Positions 38,305 to 48,342 of a stretch of 59,422 nt of DNA are shown here, one piece after another. Source of the DNA: Anaerolinea sp. GTDB lineage: Bacteria > Chloroflexota > Anaerolineae > Aggregatilineales > UBA2796. Positions within the stretch are counted from its first letter, which is position 1; each line of letters starts with the position of its first letter. Location of the stretch: NCBI GenBank assembly GCA_014879835.1, contig JACSRJ010000153.1, positions 1-59,422 on the forward strand, read 5' to 3'. A program made the translations under genes and the position numbers. The notes beneath the pieces are model-generated. The model did no database searches and had not been told where the DNA came from. It worked only from the letters and a program-made list of their open reading frames with translations.

Positions 38305-38969
38305 AAGCATCTTTGAAGATCAATACGAACGCTTGGAATCGGATCCGTTATACCCTGTATGTGCCCATTTATAACCTCACAGTGCGCGCCCTTCGGGCAG
38401 ATCGACAGCGTGCCATCAGCGCGCTGAATTTGCAACCGGGCGAACGGGTGCTGCTCATTGGGGCCGGAACTGGTGAGGATCTGCCTTTGCTGCCCACCGG
38501 AGTGGAGATCACTGCCGGGGACATTACTCCGGCCATGATCGACCGCTTGCGCCAGCGTGCCCAATCTCTGAATGTGTCCGTTGAAGCGCGAGTCATGGAT
38601 GGTCAGGCGCTTGATCTGCCCTCCAATGCCTACGATGTGGTCATCCTGCATCTGATTCTGGCGGTGATCCCTGATCCCAACGCCTGTTTTGAGGAGGCCC
38701 TGCGGGTGCTGCGGGTGGGAGGGCGGATCAGCATCTATGATAAGTTTCTGCCTGATGATGCCCGGCCCTCACTGCTGCGACGGGTGCTGAACGGGATCAC
38801 TGGGGCGGTGTTCACCGAGATCAACCGTCAGTTAGGACCCATTCTGAAGGGCAAAAATGTCACCATTGAACGGCGCGAACGGGCAAAAACCATGGGGCGT
38901 CTGGGGTACAGTATTGTCCTGCTGCGCAAAGCTGAACCAGCGCCTCATGGAGCAGTTCCAGAGGGCTGA
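38277..38969 (+). CDS. class I SAM-dependent methyltransferase
   Basis: LLIGAGTGED motif I. Start uncertain (overlaps the recombinase 3' end). Confidence 0.6.
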   Translation: MGWHPRQGLEASLKINTNAWNRIRYTLYVPIYNLTVRALRADRQRAISALNLQPGERVLLIGAGTGEDLPLLPTGVEITAGDITPAMIDRLRQRAQSLNVSVEARVMDGQALDLPSNAYDVVILHLILAVIPDPNACFEEALRVLRVGGRISIYDKFLPDDARPSLLRRVLNGITGAVFTEINRQLGPILKGKNVTIERRERAKTMGRLGYSIVLLRKAEPAPHGAVPEG

Positions 38970-39053
38970 TCAAATTATTGGGCGTCAATCCCTGTTAGGC
39001 AAGGCATATCCCACGTTCCGGTCACTTTTTTCCGGGCGAGCGTCAATTTGGTC

Positions 39054-40046
39054 TCACACTGGTGGTTTATAAGAGGTGATGGTGCGGATGTATTCAGCCC
39101 GTTCGGTCTTGCTGGGGTTTTTGCCCCCAAATTGAGAAAGCAGCCCCTGAACTTCGGCCACTGAGCTGTATTCATTGCGCGCCAGCCATGTTCGAAGTCC
39201 TTCATCCAGTACCCGAAGGTGATCGATACCTTCACGCAGCAGTACCGAGGCCAGCATGGTCACTTTTGCCCCCACCATCAGGGATTTGACCACATCCTCA
39301 ACGGTATGAATGCCGCCAGTTGCAGCTAAATCCGCCCGAATGCGCCGGTACAGGATCGCAATCCAGTGCAAAGGCAGCCGCAGATCGGCCGAGGTGCTGA
39401 GGTTCAGGTTGGGCTGAACACGCAGCGTTTGGGGATCAAAGTCCGGCTGGTAAAATCGGTTAAAAAGCACAAGGCCATCAACCCCGGACTGATCAAGCTG
39501 ACGGGCCAGATTAGAGAGCGCCGTAAAAAAGGGCACCAACTTGAGCGAAATGGGAATTTTGACCATGCCCCGGACGGCTTTTAGGATGCGCACAAACACA
39601 TCCTCGGTCTGCTCAGAAGTCACATCGGGATCGGTGGGCAGGTAGTAGACGTTTAGTTCGATGGCGTCCGCCCCCGCATCTTCAATCGACTGAGCAAACT
39701 CGATCCAGCTTCCCAAAGAAGTGCAGTTGAGGCTGCCGATGATGGGGATAGCCAAGGCTTGTTTGGCGCTGCGGATATGCTCTAGATACGCCTCTAAATT
39801 AGTCCGAAATTGGTACGAATTGGCCGGGTTGAGGTCTTCTGGCGGTGCGGCATGGGGGTACTCACGCCGAAACTTGGCCAGCGCTTGATCGGCGCGCACC
39901 TGCTCTTCAAAAAGTGAGTACAAAACAACCGCACCCGCGCCTGCATCTTCCATACGCTTTAATTGATCAAGACTGGTGGAGAGCGGACACGATGCGACCA
40001 CCAATGGGGAACGTAAATTTAACCGTAAATACGAGGTGTTTAACAT
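39054..40046 (-). CDS. dihydroorotate dehydrogenase-like (PyrD/DHPD family) protein
   Basis: N-terminal LNLRSPLVVASCPLS and TIM-barrel FMN-binding segments. Start at the internal Met. Confidence 0.7.
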   Translation of the reverse strand: MLNTSYLRLNLRSPLVVASCPLSTSLDQLKRMEDAGAGAVVLYSLFEEQVRADQALAKFRREYPHAAPPEDLNPANSYQFRTNLEAYLEHIRSAKQALAIPIIGSLNCTSLGSWIEFAQSIEDAGADAIELNVYYLPTDPDVTSEQTEDVFVRILKAVRGMVKIPISLKLVPFFTALSNLARQLDQSGVDGLVLFNRFYQPDFDPQTLRVQPNLNLSTSADLRLPLHWIAILYRRIRADLAATGGIHTVEDVVKSLMVGAKVTMLASVLLREGIDHLRVLDEGLRTWLARNEYSSVAEVQGLLSQFGGKNPSKTERAEYIRTITSYKPPV

Positions 40047-40074
40047 AAGGTTTAGTTTATCAGGATGCCGACAA

Positions 40075-40818
40075 TTAGAATCTGACCCGGATGCGTAAGT
40101 GACCCAGACGCAGCTCATCACCGCTGCGCAGCAGGCGCTCACCTTCAGGGATCAATTTGCGCCCATTAAGGAGCGTGCCATTGGTACTGCGCAAGTCCGC
40201 CACATATAGGAGCGCCCCGTTGCGCCGAATGCGCACATGACGACGGGAGACGCCCAGTTCACCAGCGTGAAATGCAGATAAATCAACATCAGGTGAATCA
40301 GTCGCGGGATCGCTGATGCGCCCCACCACGATCCGATCTTTCACCGACAGATTCAACTCTCGGTTGTCGATCTCAAAGGTGATCGGGGTTTGATCCGGCG
40401 CAAGCGCTTCACCAGTGGGATGGGCCTTTTTGTCGAAATTGATGTTCTCTTCTTCCACTTTGGTGGTCTTGCCTGCGGCCACAAATACATGCCCACAGCG
40501 GGCACAGACCAACTCTCCGGTTCGATAAGGTTTGCCGCAGTTGGTGCAGGTCAGGGTTTCAGGCGCTGGGCTGGGTTCCGGAATCTTGACTTCCGGCTTG
40601 CTTTCGACCTTTATCTCAGATTTGATCTCAGGTTTGTCCTCAGGCACGGGAGGCGGCTCAATCCCATCAGATTTGATGGGGGCAGTCTGAGGCGTATTTG
40701 CCTGTACTGATGCCGCCAACATCCGGCGATCAGACATCTGAATGCGAATAGTCGGTTTGTCATCCGGTAAGGATGGCAGCGGCTTACTCTTTTCTGGCTC
40801 TTCGTGATTATCCGACAT
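40075..40818 (-). CDS. FHA-domain protein with a zinc ribbon
   Basis: CTNCG...CARCG zinc ribbon. C-terminal FHA motifs (GR...S...RRH...TNGT). Confidence 0.7.
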   Translation of the reverse strand: MSDNHEEPEKSKPLPSLPDDKPTIRIQMSDRRMLAASVQANTPQTAPIKSDGIEPPPVPEDKPEIKSEIKVESKPEVKIPEPSPAPETLTCTNCGKPYRTGELVCARCGHVFVAAGKTTKVEEENINFDKKAHPTGEALAPDQTPITFEIDNRELNLSVKDRIVVGRISDPATDSPDVDLSAFHAGELGVSRRHVRIRRNGALLYVADLRSTNGTLLNGRKLIPEGERLLRSGDELRLGHLRIRVRF

Positions 40819-40966
40819 TGCGCATCGCCTCGCTGGAGCTGAGTGTGGGTATAATATTGAAATTCGCTAAAGAATCCGACCTCTCAGGACTTCATCACAA
40901 GTATATAACATTGAGATCGAAGGCGCAACCACCCCATGTGCGCTATACTAAGTTTACGATTTTCGG

Positions 40967-42718
40967 TTGATAAGAGATCAAGACACCTTGGCACAAACCC
41001 TGAACAATCGCCAGATCGCGGATGTATTCGACACGATTGCCGATATGCTTCAACTGAAGGGTGAAATCATCCACCGCATTCTGGCTTACCGTCGGGTGGC
41101 AGAAACCATCCGCGAACTCCCTCGTGATCTGCGGGCACTGGCCGCAGAGGACAAACTTAACGAGATCGATGGTGTGGGCAAAGTCCTCGCGGAGAAGATC
41201 AGCGAGCTTCTAGAGACTGGCGAACTGCGCTTCTATCATGAATTGGCGCAGGAAATCCCGCCGGGGTTGGTCGAAGTGCTGAGGGTGAACGGGGTAGGCC
41301 CCAAAAAAGCGATGCTGTTTTACAAAGAATTGGGTATCGCTTCTATTCCGGCACTAGAAGCAGCGGCTCAGGCGGGCAAACTGCGCAATTTGAGCGGTAT
41401 GGGTTCCAAAAGTGAGGCTAAAATCCTCGAATCGATCACAGCCCTTGCCCGCCGCACCAACCGGGTTCGCCTTGACACAGCATGGGCTGCCGCTGAGAAG
41501 CTTCTTCGCCCCCTGCTCCAACTCCCCGGTGTGATTCAGGGGGATATTGCCGGGAGCGTGCGGCGGGGTAAATCTACCATAGGGGATATTGATCTCTTAA
41601 TCGCATCCTATCAGCCACTGCCCATTATGGAAGCCTTTGTCCATCACCCCGATGTAACCCGCATTTTGGGGCAGGGAGAGACCAAAAGCAGTGTTGAACT
41701 TGAGAACGGTCTCCAGTGTGATCTACGGGTGGTACCCCCAGAACGTTATGGGACTGCCCTGAGTTACTTCACGGGCAGTAAAGATCACAATACCCGCCTT
41801 CGGGAACGGGCTAGAGATCGCGGTTTAAGTCTCAACGAATGGGCGTTCACCCCGCTTGAAGGGGGGGCAGAAGTTCTGTGTGCCTCTGAACCTGAGGTGT
41901 ATGCCCAACTTGGTCTGCCTTGGATTCCCCCCGAACTGCGCGAGGATCGAGGAGAGATTGACCTCGCAGCGCAGGGTATTCTGCCTCGTTTGATCGAGAT
42001 CAAGGATATTCGCGCCGATCTCCATATGCACACCACATGGAGTGACGGCAAACTCAGCGTGCGGGATATGGCGTGGATTGCCCGTGAGCGCGGTTTGTCC
42101 TACATTGTGATCAGCGATCATTCCCAAAGTTTAGGGGTCGCCAATGGGCTGAGCGTGGAACGACTGCGGGCCCAACGTGAGGAGATTCGGGCCGTGGATG
42201 CGGAGTTTGCCCCGTCGCTGCGAGTCTTTCAGGGGGTAGAGATGGAGATTCGGGCGGATGGTTCACTGGATTATGGCGACGACGTGTTAGAATGGCTCGA
42301 CGTGGTGATCGCTTCACTCCACAGCGGTTTGAGGCAGCCTCGTGAGCAGGTGACGGCGCGTTTATTGAACGCCATCCGTAACCCTCATGTGGATATCATC
42401 GGGCATCCACGCGGGCAGATGATCCCAGATCGAGAGCCAGCCGATCTGGATATGGATGCAGTCTTTGGGGCAGCCCGTGAGCACGACACTGCACTAGAGA
42501 TCAATGCCAGCCCTTACCGACTTGACCTTGATGATGCGCACGCCCGACGTGCGGCAGAGATGGGGATCAAGATCGCGGTGAATACCGATTCCCACAATGG
42601 CGATGGGTTCACAGCGCTGCGTTACGGGATCATGACCGCACGCCGCGCAGGGCTGCGCCCGGAAGAGGTGATCAACACATGGTCGGTTGAATCCTTCTTA
42701 GCATGGCTGAGGCAGTAA
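40967..42718 (+). CDS. DNA polymerase X family with PHP domain (TTG start)
   Basis: Pol-beta-like GSVRRGKSTIGDIDLLI nucleotidyltransferase motif. C-terminal PHP His motifs. Confidence 0.85.
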   Translation: MIRDQDTLAQTLNNRQIADVFDTIADMLQLKGEIIHRILAYRRVAETIRELPRDLRALAAEDKLNEIDGVGKVLAEKISELLETGELRFYHELAQEIPPGLVEVLRVNGVGPKKAMLFYKELGIASIPALEAAAQAGKLRNLSGMGSKSEAKILESITALARRTNRVRLDTAWAAAEKLLRPLLQLPGVIQGDIAGSVRRGKSTIGDIDLLIASYQPLPIMEAFVHHPDVTRILGQGETKSSVELENGLQCDLRVVPPERYGTALSYFTGSKDHNTRLRERARDRGLSLNEWAFTPLEGGAEVLCASEPEVYAQLGLPWIPPELREDRGEIDLAAQGILPRLIEIKDIRADLHMHTTWSDGKLSVRDMAWIARERGLSYIVISDHSQSLGVANGLSVERLRAQREEIRAVDAEFAPSLRVFQGVEMEIRADGSLDYGDDVLEWLDVVIASLHSGLRQPREQVTARLLNAIRNPHVDIIGHPRGQMIPDREPADLDMDAVFGAAREHDTALEINASPYRLDLDDAHARRAAEMGIKIAVNTDSHNGDGFTALRYGIMTARRAGLRPEEVINTWSVESFLAWLRQ

Positions 42719-42720
42719 CC

Positions 42721-43515
42721 ATGAGTGATGTTCGTGACGATCTGTTTGGGGATGATGATCCTCAAGAAATCCCACCCGCACCTCAACAGCGCTCACCCCG
42801 CCGGAGTGAACCTGAGGTAAAAGCGTCTTCGGAGGCCTATGCGCGACCAGCGCTCCCGCGGCAGTCCCGGAGCGAGCGCGAATCGCGCCAATCCCGCCCC
42901 ATGCCACCTTCCAATGTCCGTCAGGGGGGATATGTGCCCCCGCCGCCAGATGCGCCCGCCTCATCAGGGCGGAGACGGCGTCCAGCGCCAACGGCTGCCC
43001 CGCGCACCAAACGAGACAGTGGTTTTTATTTGCCGTGGTGGTCGTTGATCATCATGCTGGTGTTTGTAGGTGCAGCCGCGGTAGGCGCATGGGCTGTAGT
43101 GGATTCGATTGGGGGCAGCGCCCCCCCCGGTGGCAAGACGCCGATGGTGGTGATCGTCACTGCCACCTTTACGGTGGGCCCGCCGCCAAGCCCTACGGCG
43201 CTGCCTTTGCCACCCACCTCACCACCGCCGATCATCTTGGCCACCCCTGAGCCGACGCTCACCCTGCCGCCGGGCAACTTTGTGCCCGGAACCCTCGTTG
43301 AGGTCATTGGAGTGGGCATTGCAGGCCTGAATATTCGCTCTGGGCCGGGAATCGACTCCGTGATTCGGTTTCAGGCGCCCGAAGGCTCACGGTGGCTGAT
43401 CAAAAGTGGGCCCCAAAATGCCAGCGGTGAGGAATGGTGGGAAGTGGTTGATCCCAACAATCAAGAGCGGGGTGGTTGGGGCGCGCGGCGCTTTTTCCAG
43501 TCGGTGGTGCAGTAG
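42721..43515 (+). CDS. Pro-rich membrane protein with C-terminal SH3-like domain
   Basis: Single TM helix. SH3b-like C-terminus. Start ambiguous (42703 or 42721). Confidence 0.5.
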   Translation: MSDVRDDLFGDDDPQEIPPAPQQRSPRRSEPEVKASSEAYARPALPRQSRSERESRQSRPMPPSNVRQGGYVPPPPDAPASSGRRRRPAPTAAPRTKRDSGFYLPWWSLIIMLVFVGAAAVGAWAVVDSIGGSAPPGGKTPMVVIVTATFTVGPPPSPTALPLPPTSPPPIILATPEPTLTLPPGNFVPGTLVEVIGVGIAGLNIRSGPGIDSVIRFQAPEGSRWLIKSGPQNASGEEWWEVVDPNNQERGGWGARRFFQSVVQ

Positions 43516-43523
43516 AAAATCTA

Positions 43524-44447
43524 ATGCCACGCCCAGATTATGCCACATTGTTTGCCCCATTGGGGCTTGAGGTGCGCCTCAACGAACCCCTTCAACGTTA
43601 TACCGCGGCCCGTTTGGGTGGGGCCGCGGATGCGCTTGTGGTGGTCACCTCCGCTTTGGACCTTGATGCTGCGGCCCGGGTGTGTTGGTCAGAAGGGCTG
43701 CCCATGCGCATTTTGGGCGGCGGCGCGAATGTCCTGATCAGCGATCAGGGGTATCGTGGGGCGATCCTCATCAATGACGCCAAAACAGTCACTTTGGAGG
43801 ATGAAGGAAGGGTGATCGCAGAAAGCGGCGCAGGGTTGATCAGCCTCACCCGCCGCTGCATCGAACGAGGATTGGGCGGGCTGGAATGGGCGATCAATGT
43901 CCCCGGCACAGTAGGCGGCGCAGTGGTCAACAATGCAGGCGCACATGGCGGGGATACGGCCGGGCTGCTCTGGTGGGCAGAGATTAGTGAGCCGAATCAG
44001 CCGCCCCAACACTGGACAGCCGATCAGATGGGCTATCGTTACCGCGAGTCAGCCCTGAAACACCGCTCCACGCCCTTTGCAGTGCTGCGTGCTGCATTCC
44101 ACCTGAACCCCGGCTGTGATCCCAACACCCTGAACGCCCACGCGGAGGAATTCAGCGCGCACCGAAAACGCACTCAACCCCCCGGTGCAAGTTTGGGAAG
44201 TATGTTTAAGAATCCGCCCGGAGACTATGCAGGCAGGTTGATCGAGGCGGCGGGATTAAAGGGAACCCGAATCGGTGGGGTGGTGATCTCCCCCCTGCAC
44301 GCAAATTTTTTCGTGAATACGGGCGGAGGGACGGCCAGCGACTATTATCAATTGATCCGGCTCGCCCAGCGCACCGTTGAGGCGCAGTTCGGGATCAGGC
44401 TGGAACTGGAAGTTGAATTGATCGGGGCGTGGGATGAAACGCCCTGA
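43524..44447 (+). CDS. murB: UDP-N-acetylenolpyruvoylglucosamine reductase
   Basis: FAD-binding GGGANVLIS and MurB C-terminal motifs. Start at the internal Met. Confidence 0.85.
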   Translation: MPRPDYATLFAPLGLEVRLNEPLQRYTAARLGGAADALVVVTSALDLDAAARVCWSEGLPMRILGGGANVLISDQGYRGAILINDAKTVTLEDEGRVIAESGAGLISLTRRCIERGLGGLEWAINVPGTVGGAVVNNAGAHGGDTAGLLWWAEISEPNQPPQHWTADQMGYRYRESALKHRSTPFAVLRAAFHLNPGCDPNTLNAHAEEFSAHRKRTQPPGASLGSMFKNPPGDYAGRLIEAAGLKGTRIGGVVISPLHANFFVNTGGGTASDYYQLIRLAQRTVEAQFGIRLELEVELIGAWDETP

Positions 44448-44477
44448 GTAGCCATTTGAAAACACGCCCGCTAGATC

Positions 44478-44605
44478 GACCTCATCCCCTCTTTGCGACC
44501 ACTTCGCGGTGCCCTTCTCCAGTTTGGAGAAGGGGGATCAAGGCTTCGAGGGGTGAGGGCACCCATCCTACCCTGAAATATAGCGTCGCCCTCTCAGCTT
44601 GTCAG
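44478..44605. repeat. Diverged copy D of the repeat family
   Basis: CCCTTCTCCAGTTTGGAGAAGGGGG hairpin and a tail matching copy A (ACCCTACCC..AT..AG.GTCGCCC.CTCAGC). Confidence 0.45.
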
Positions 44606-44625
44606 CGATTCAAACTGCGGAAATC

Positions 44626-47600
44626 TCACTCAAGTTTGTCAAAAACCTTGTGCAGTTCCCGCGGGCGCACCTGTGAAAGCTGCGCGATCCGGTCGCTGGA
44701 TTCACGCAGGCGGCGGCTGAGGACATTGATCAGCTTCAGGGAGAGATCAGGGTATTGGCGAATCAGGGCCAGCAGGGGTTCGCGCCGCAGTTGTAGGGTC
44801 AGGGTATCCTGAATCGCAATCGCCTTCTCCGTGCGCGGGCTGTCGTCAAACATGGTCATTTCGCCGAAGTATGAGAGCGCCTCAACCGTGCCAATGCGGG
44901 CTGTGGAGCCTTTGCGTTGACCAGCGCGTTCCAGTGCTACCCGCCCCCGCACCACCACGTACATCACCCCGCCGGGATCACCTTCGTTAAAGATGACCGC
45001 ATCATTGGCAAACAGTTCTTCCTCACACACGCTGGCGAGGACTTTGAGTTGATCCACGGTCATGCCTTCAAAAAAGTGAACTTCCCGCAGGAAAATGATC
45101 TTTTCAATGGTGGATAACATGCTTCCATCCTCACTTTCAGTGACCCGAACTGCACCTGCCATCATACGGCGGGCTGCTTTGGCTGCAAGGCGTACCTCCG
45201 CGGCGCGGTCTTTGAGCGCAGGGCCGATCATGGCTTCAAGCTGCCCTTTGGTGAACAACGTCAGGCAGGGTGAATCTTTGGCAGGGGTGAAGGGCTGTAC
45301 CGCTGGTGCGGGTGATACCGCCAAAACGGGTTCTTTGTCCTCCGCTGGTTTTTCGAGGGATTTTTCGGCTGGTTTCTGGCTTGGTTTCTCACTTGGTTTC
45401 TCAGTGGACGGCTTGTCCAGCGCTCCCAAGAGATCACTGGGAGCACGGCGGGCCCGCCGTGTTTTGGGATCGGGCGGCGGTTCGGGTTTGGTGGCCTCGG
45501 TTGAGGCGGAGGACTGTAACGGGGTAGGTGACGTTTCTTCAGGTACATCTACCGCGGGTGGGTAAGCGGCCGCTCCGATCTCACCGAGGGCATAAGCGAC
45601 CACAGCACGGGCCCACGAGTCCTCGTTATCGCTGCCAAGGGTGCGCAGTACCGCCCCCGCATCCTGAGCCGTGACCCCTGAAAGCTCCTCACTGATTTCG
45701 AGGAACTGGGCCGGACTCGCTGCACGGTTAAATAGGGGCTGGAACATCCGCGCCAACTGGGGATTGAGAAAAGTTTCAAGGGCTTCTTGGGCATTGGCCC
45801 GCACCCGTTGAGAGTCACTGTTAAGCGACTCCGCGATTAAGCGCACTTCCGAAGGCGGATGAAGGGCGGAGAGTAGATAAAAAATCTCCTCCAGCAGGGA
45901 CTCGTTGCGTTCCCGCAGCACATCACGCAGCACCGCCACCCCTCGGAAGCCCACACAGGGGGTGAGGGCCTCTAAACGCACGATGTTGCCATAAATCTGT
46001 ACCAGATTGGCCCGCACATATCCCCGGATCAACTCCGCCGACTTCTCCTTGTCGATCTTGGTCAAAACCACCGTGAGCATCTTACGAAGCTGGGGATCGG
46101 TTGCCTCCGCACGGGAAAGGGCGATCAGGGTAGCCATATCGCCTGAACGCCCCAACGCCTGTACCGCCGTCTCACGGATTTCGGGGCTGGGATCGGTCAA
46201 AAAGCTGATTAAAGTGGGCTGGACACCGGGTGTATGCAGATTGCCCATGATGTTCAGGGCAGCCCGGCGGATACGCTCAACCGGATCATGCAGCAGGGTA
46301 CTGGTAAGCTGGGTGAGCAGTTCCTGTACACTTTTGCTTAACGGTTTGCCGGAGAGACTCTCAATGGCCGTGGCCGCCTCAAGGCGCACCTCGTCGTCGT
46401 TATCTCCCACATAAGGAATCAGAGACTGAATGAACCGAGGATCATTAAACTGGGCCATCAGCCGAACCGCCGAAGCCCGACGGGTTGGTGAGGGATCGGT
46501 CAGAAGCGGGGTGAGCGCCTGCATCGCCGCTGCCATATAGTAAATATCCCCAGTGCGGATTAGGATGGGGATCACTTGCAGGCGAATATCAGGCTCCGGG
46601 TCGCGCAGCAGCTCCAGCGCGAGGTTGTAGGTGTTCTCCTGTTCTGACCAGCGAGGAAGTCCGCTCACAGCCGCAAGACGCACCGCTCCGTCCGGGTCGG
46701 AGAGCATCTCGGTAAATAACCCTCGCACTTCAGCGCTCCGGTAGTCGCCTGCCACAAGGATGTTGGCAATCGCAGCGCGGGTTTGGGCGCTGCCCGCTCG
46801 GGCCATTTGCACCAGAATAGGCACCGCAGCCCGCCCGCCCACATCACTCATCAATTTAGCGATAAACACTGTTGTCTCTGGGCTGGTGCTTTCCTCTGCC
46901 TGCTTCTTGAGTCGTTCCAAGGTCTCGCCGCTGACCACCGTCAGATCTTCGGCGGGCTGAAGCACAAACGAATAGTCTTCCTGTTCCAGCATCCGCACCA
47001 GCGCCTTGGAATATTGACGACGCACAAAGATCGAGGCGATGAAATAGGCCATCCCCAGCAGCACCAAAAGCCCCGGCAGAAGCCATGGCGCATTGGGCAC
47101 CACCGGAATGAGCAAGAGCAGCCCACCACCCAACAGCGAACCAACGGGCACCAACAACCCGGTGGTAAAGGCCCGCGCCCGCCCTTTCACTTTGAGGGGT
47201 ACCGCATTGTAGAGCAGATTATCAATGGTCATGCGGAAGGAGGTTCGGAAGGTGGTGCGGTAGAAGTACGCCAGCCCCGCACTGAATAAGGCGGTAGGCA
47301 CTCCCGCCAGTGATCCCACCGTGATCAAGGTGCCCGTAGGGTAAATCATGTTGGTATTGCCCAAGCCCAACCACGCGATGATCCGTCCCATCAGGAACAA
47401 CTGCACCGGGAACATGATCAAGTTGGTGATCCCGGTCAGATTGCCTACATAGGAGGAGATCGCGGCGGTGGATTGGAGCTGAGTCTTAAGAATTTGGCTG
47501 GTCTGATAGGTGATCAGCGGCAGCAGAGTCATCAGAATCAGGGACGAAATGGCCATCCAACGCAGATAAGGCGAGTGGATCACGTAAGACCAGCCCTCGC

Positions 47601-48306
47601 GGATGTTTTCGGTGTAACCGCGCCAGCCTCGGTTCACGGGGCGTTTCGCTTCTGTCCGGGGTTTCGGGAAAGCCCCCGTCTGTCCCGAAGTGCTCAGTTC
47701 ACGTTCATCTTTGACCAAGCGAGGCATCAAGACTGCCCCCGCAGCCACCATAAGCAGAGAAGCCGCCCACAACAGCACGATGTTTTCAGGGGGCATCCAG
47801 CGGTTAAGTAAGGTCATGCTGAACCCAGCGATGATCCCCGCCACCCGCGCCCCGGTCGCAATAAAGGGCACAACACGTTTGGCCGCTTGGGTATCATAAA
47901 AACTGTTGACGTAAGTCCACCAATGAAGCACAAAGGTGTCTTTGATCACATGGGAGGCGAGGTACAAAAAGGGATAAGTGAGAATACCCACAGGGCTGCC
48001 TACCATCCCCCGACCTACCACCACCAGCACTGCGCTGATGAGCATGATCCCGATGAGCAGTTGAGCATGGGAAATGCGATCCACAAATAGGGTGTAGGCC
48101 GCAACCGCGATGATGGCGATGACCGCGTCCGCAATGAAGGTATAGGGCAGCACCCCTACCCCCACCAGTTCCAAAAAGGCAGCCTCGGCGATGGTCTCCC
48201 CCCACGTGATCCCGGTGAGAAAGATCAGCCCCATGATATAGAGCACCAGAAGGCGGGGCCACTCGCCCCGACGGATGTCAAAGAGATAACTGAAAAGTTG
48301 AAGCAT
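44626..48306 (-). CDS. 1226-aa fusion of a TLC/MFS-like nucleotide-transporter domain, HEAT repeats and a C-terminal cyclic-nucleotide-binding domain
   Basis: About 12 TM helices with TLC-like N-terminus. Multiple PBS-lyase HEAT repeats. KP-rich linker (EKPSEKPSQKPAEK). cNMP-binding FGEMTMF...RTA-like C-terminus. Confidence 0.7.
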   Translation of the reverse strand: MLQLFSYLFDIRRGEWPRLLVLYIMGLIFLTGITWGETIAEAAFLELVGVGVLPYTFIADAVIAIIAVAAYTLFVDRISHAQLLIGIMLISAVLVVVGRGMVGSPVGILTYPFLYLASHVIKDTFVLHWWTYVNSFYDTQAAKRVVPFIATGARVAGIIAGFSMTLLNRWMPPENIVLLWAASLLMVAAGAVLMPRLVKDERELSTSGQTGAFPKPRTEAKRPVNRGWRGYTENIREGWSYVIHSPYLRWMAISSLILMTLLPLITYQTSQILKTQLQSTAAISSYVGNLTGITNLIMFPVQLFLMGRIIAWLGLGNTNMIYPTGTLITVGSLAGVPTALFSAGLAYFYRTTFRTSFRMTIDNLLYNAVPLKVKGRARAFTTGLLVPVGSLLGGGLLLLIPVVPNAPWLLPGLLVLLGMAYFIASIFVRRQYSKALVRMLEQEDYSFVLQPAEDLTVVSGETLERLKKQAEESTSPETTVFIAKLMSDVGGRAAVPILVQMARAGSAQTRAAIANILVAGDYRSAEVRGLFTEMLSDPDGAVRLAAVSGLPRWSEQENTYNLALELLRDPEPDIRLQVIPILIRTGDIYYMAAAMQALTPLLTDPSPTRRASAVRLMAQFNDPRFIQSLIPYVGDNDDEVRLEAATAIESLSGKPLSKSVQELLTQLTSTLLHDPVERIRRAALNIMGNLHTPGVQPTLISFLTDPSPEIRETAVQALGRSGDMATLIALSRAEATDPQLRKMLTVVLTKIDKEKSAELIRGYVRANLVQIYGNIVRLEALTPCVGFRGVAVLRDVLRERNESLLEEIFYLLSALHPPSEVRLIAESLNSDSQRVRANAQEALETFLNPQLARMFQPLFNRAASPAQFLEISEELSGVTAQDAGAVLRTLGSDNEDSWARAVVAYALGEIGAAAYPPAVDVPEETSPTPLQSSASTEATKPEPPPDPKTRRARRAPSDLLGALDKPSTEKPSEKPSQKPAEKSLEKPAEDKEPVLAVSPAPAVQPFTPAKDSPCLTLFTKGQLEAMIGPALKDRAAEVRLAAKAARRMMAGAVRVTESEDGSMLSTIEKIIFLREVHFFEGMTVDQLKVLASVCEEELFANDAVIFNEGDPGGVMYVVVRGRVALERAGQRKGSTARIGTVEALSYFGEMTMFDDSPRTEKAIAIQDTLTLQLRREPLLALIRQYPDLSLKLINVLSRRLRESSDRIAQLSQVRPRELHKVFDKLE

Positions 48307-48342
48307 CGGGTCCCCTTTGGCAGTCCTTGTTTAAGCGCCTTA

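Noticed and set aside
3061-44605. The repeat copies considered as a CRISPR array
   Set aside because: The copies are tens of kb apart with no regular spacing or spacer structure. They are dispersed MITE/REP-like elements.
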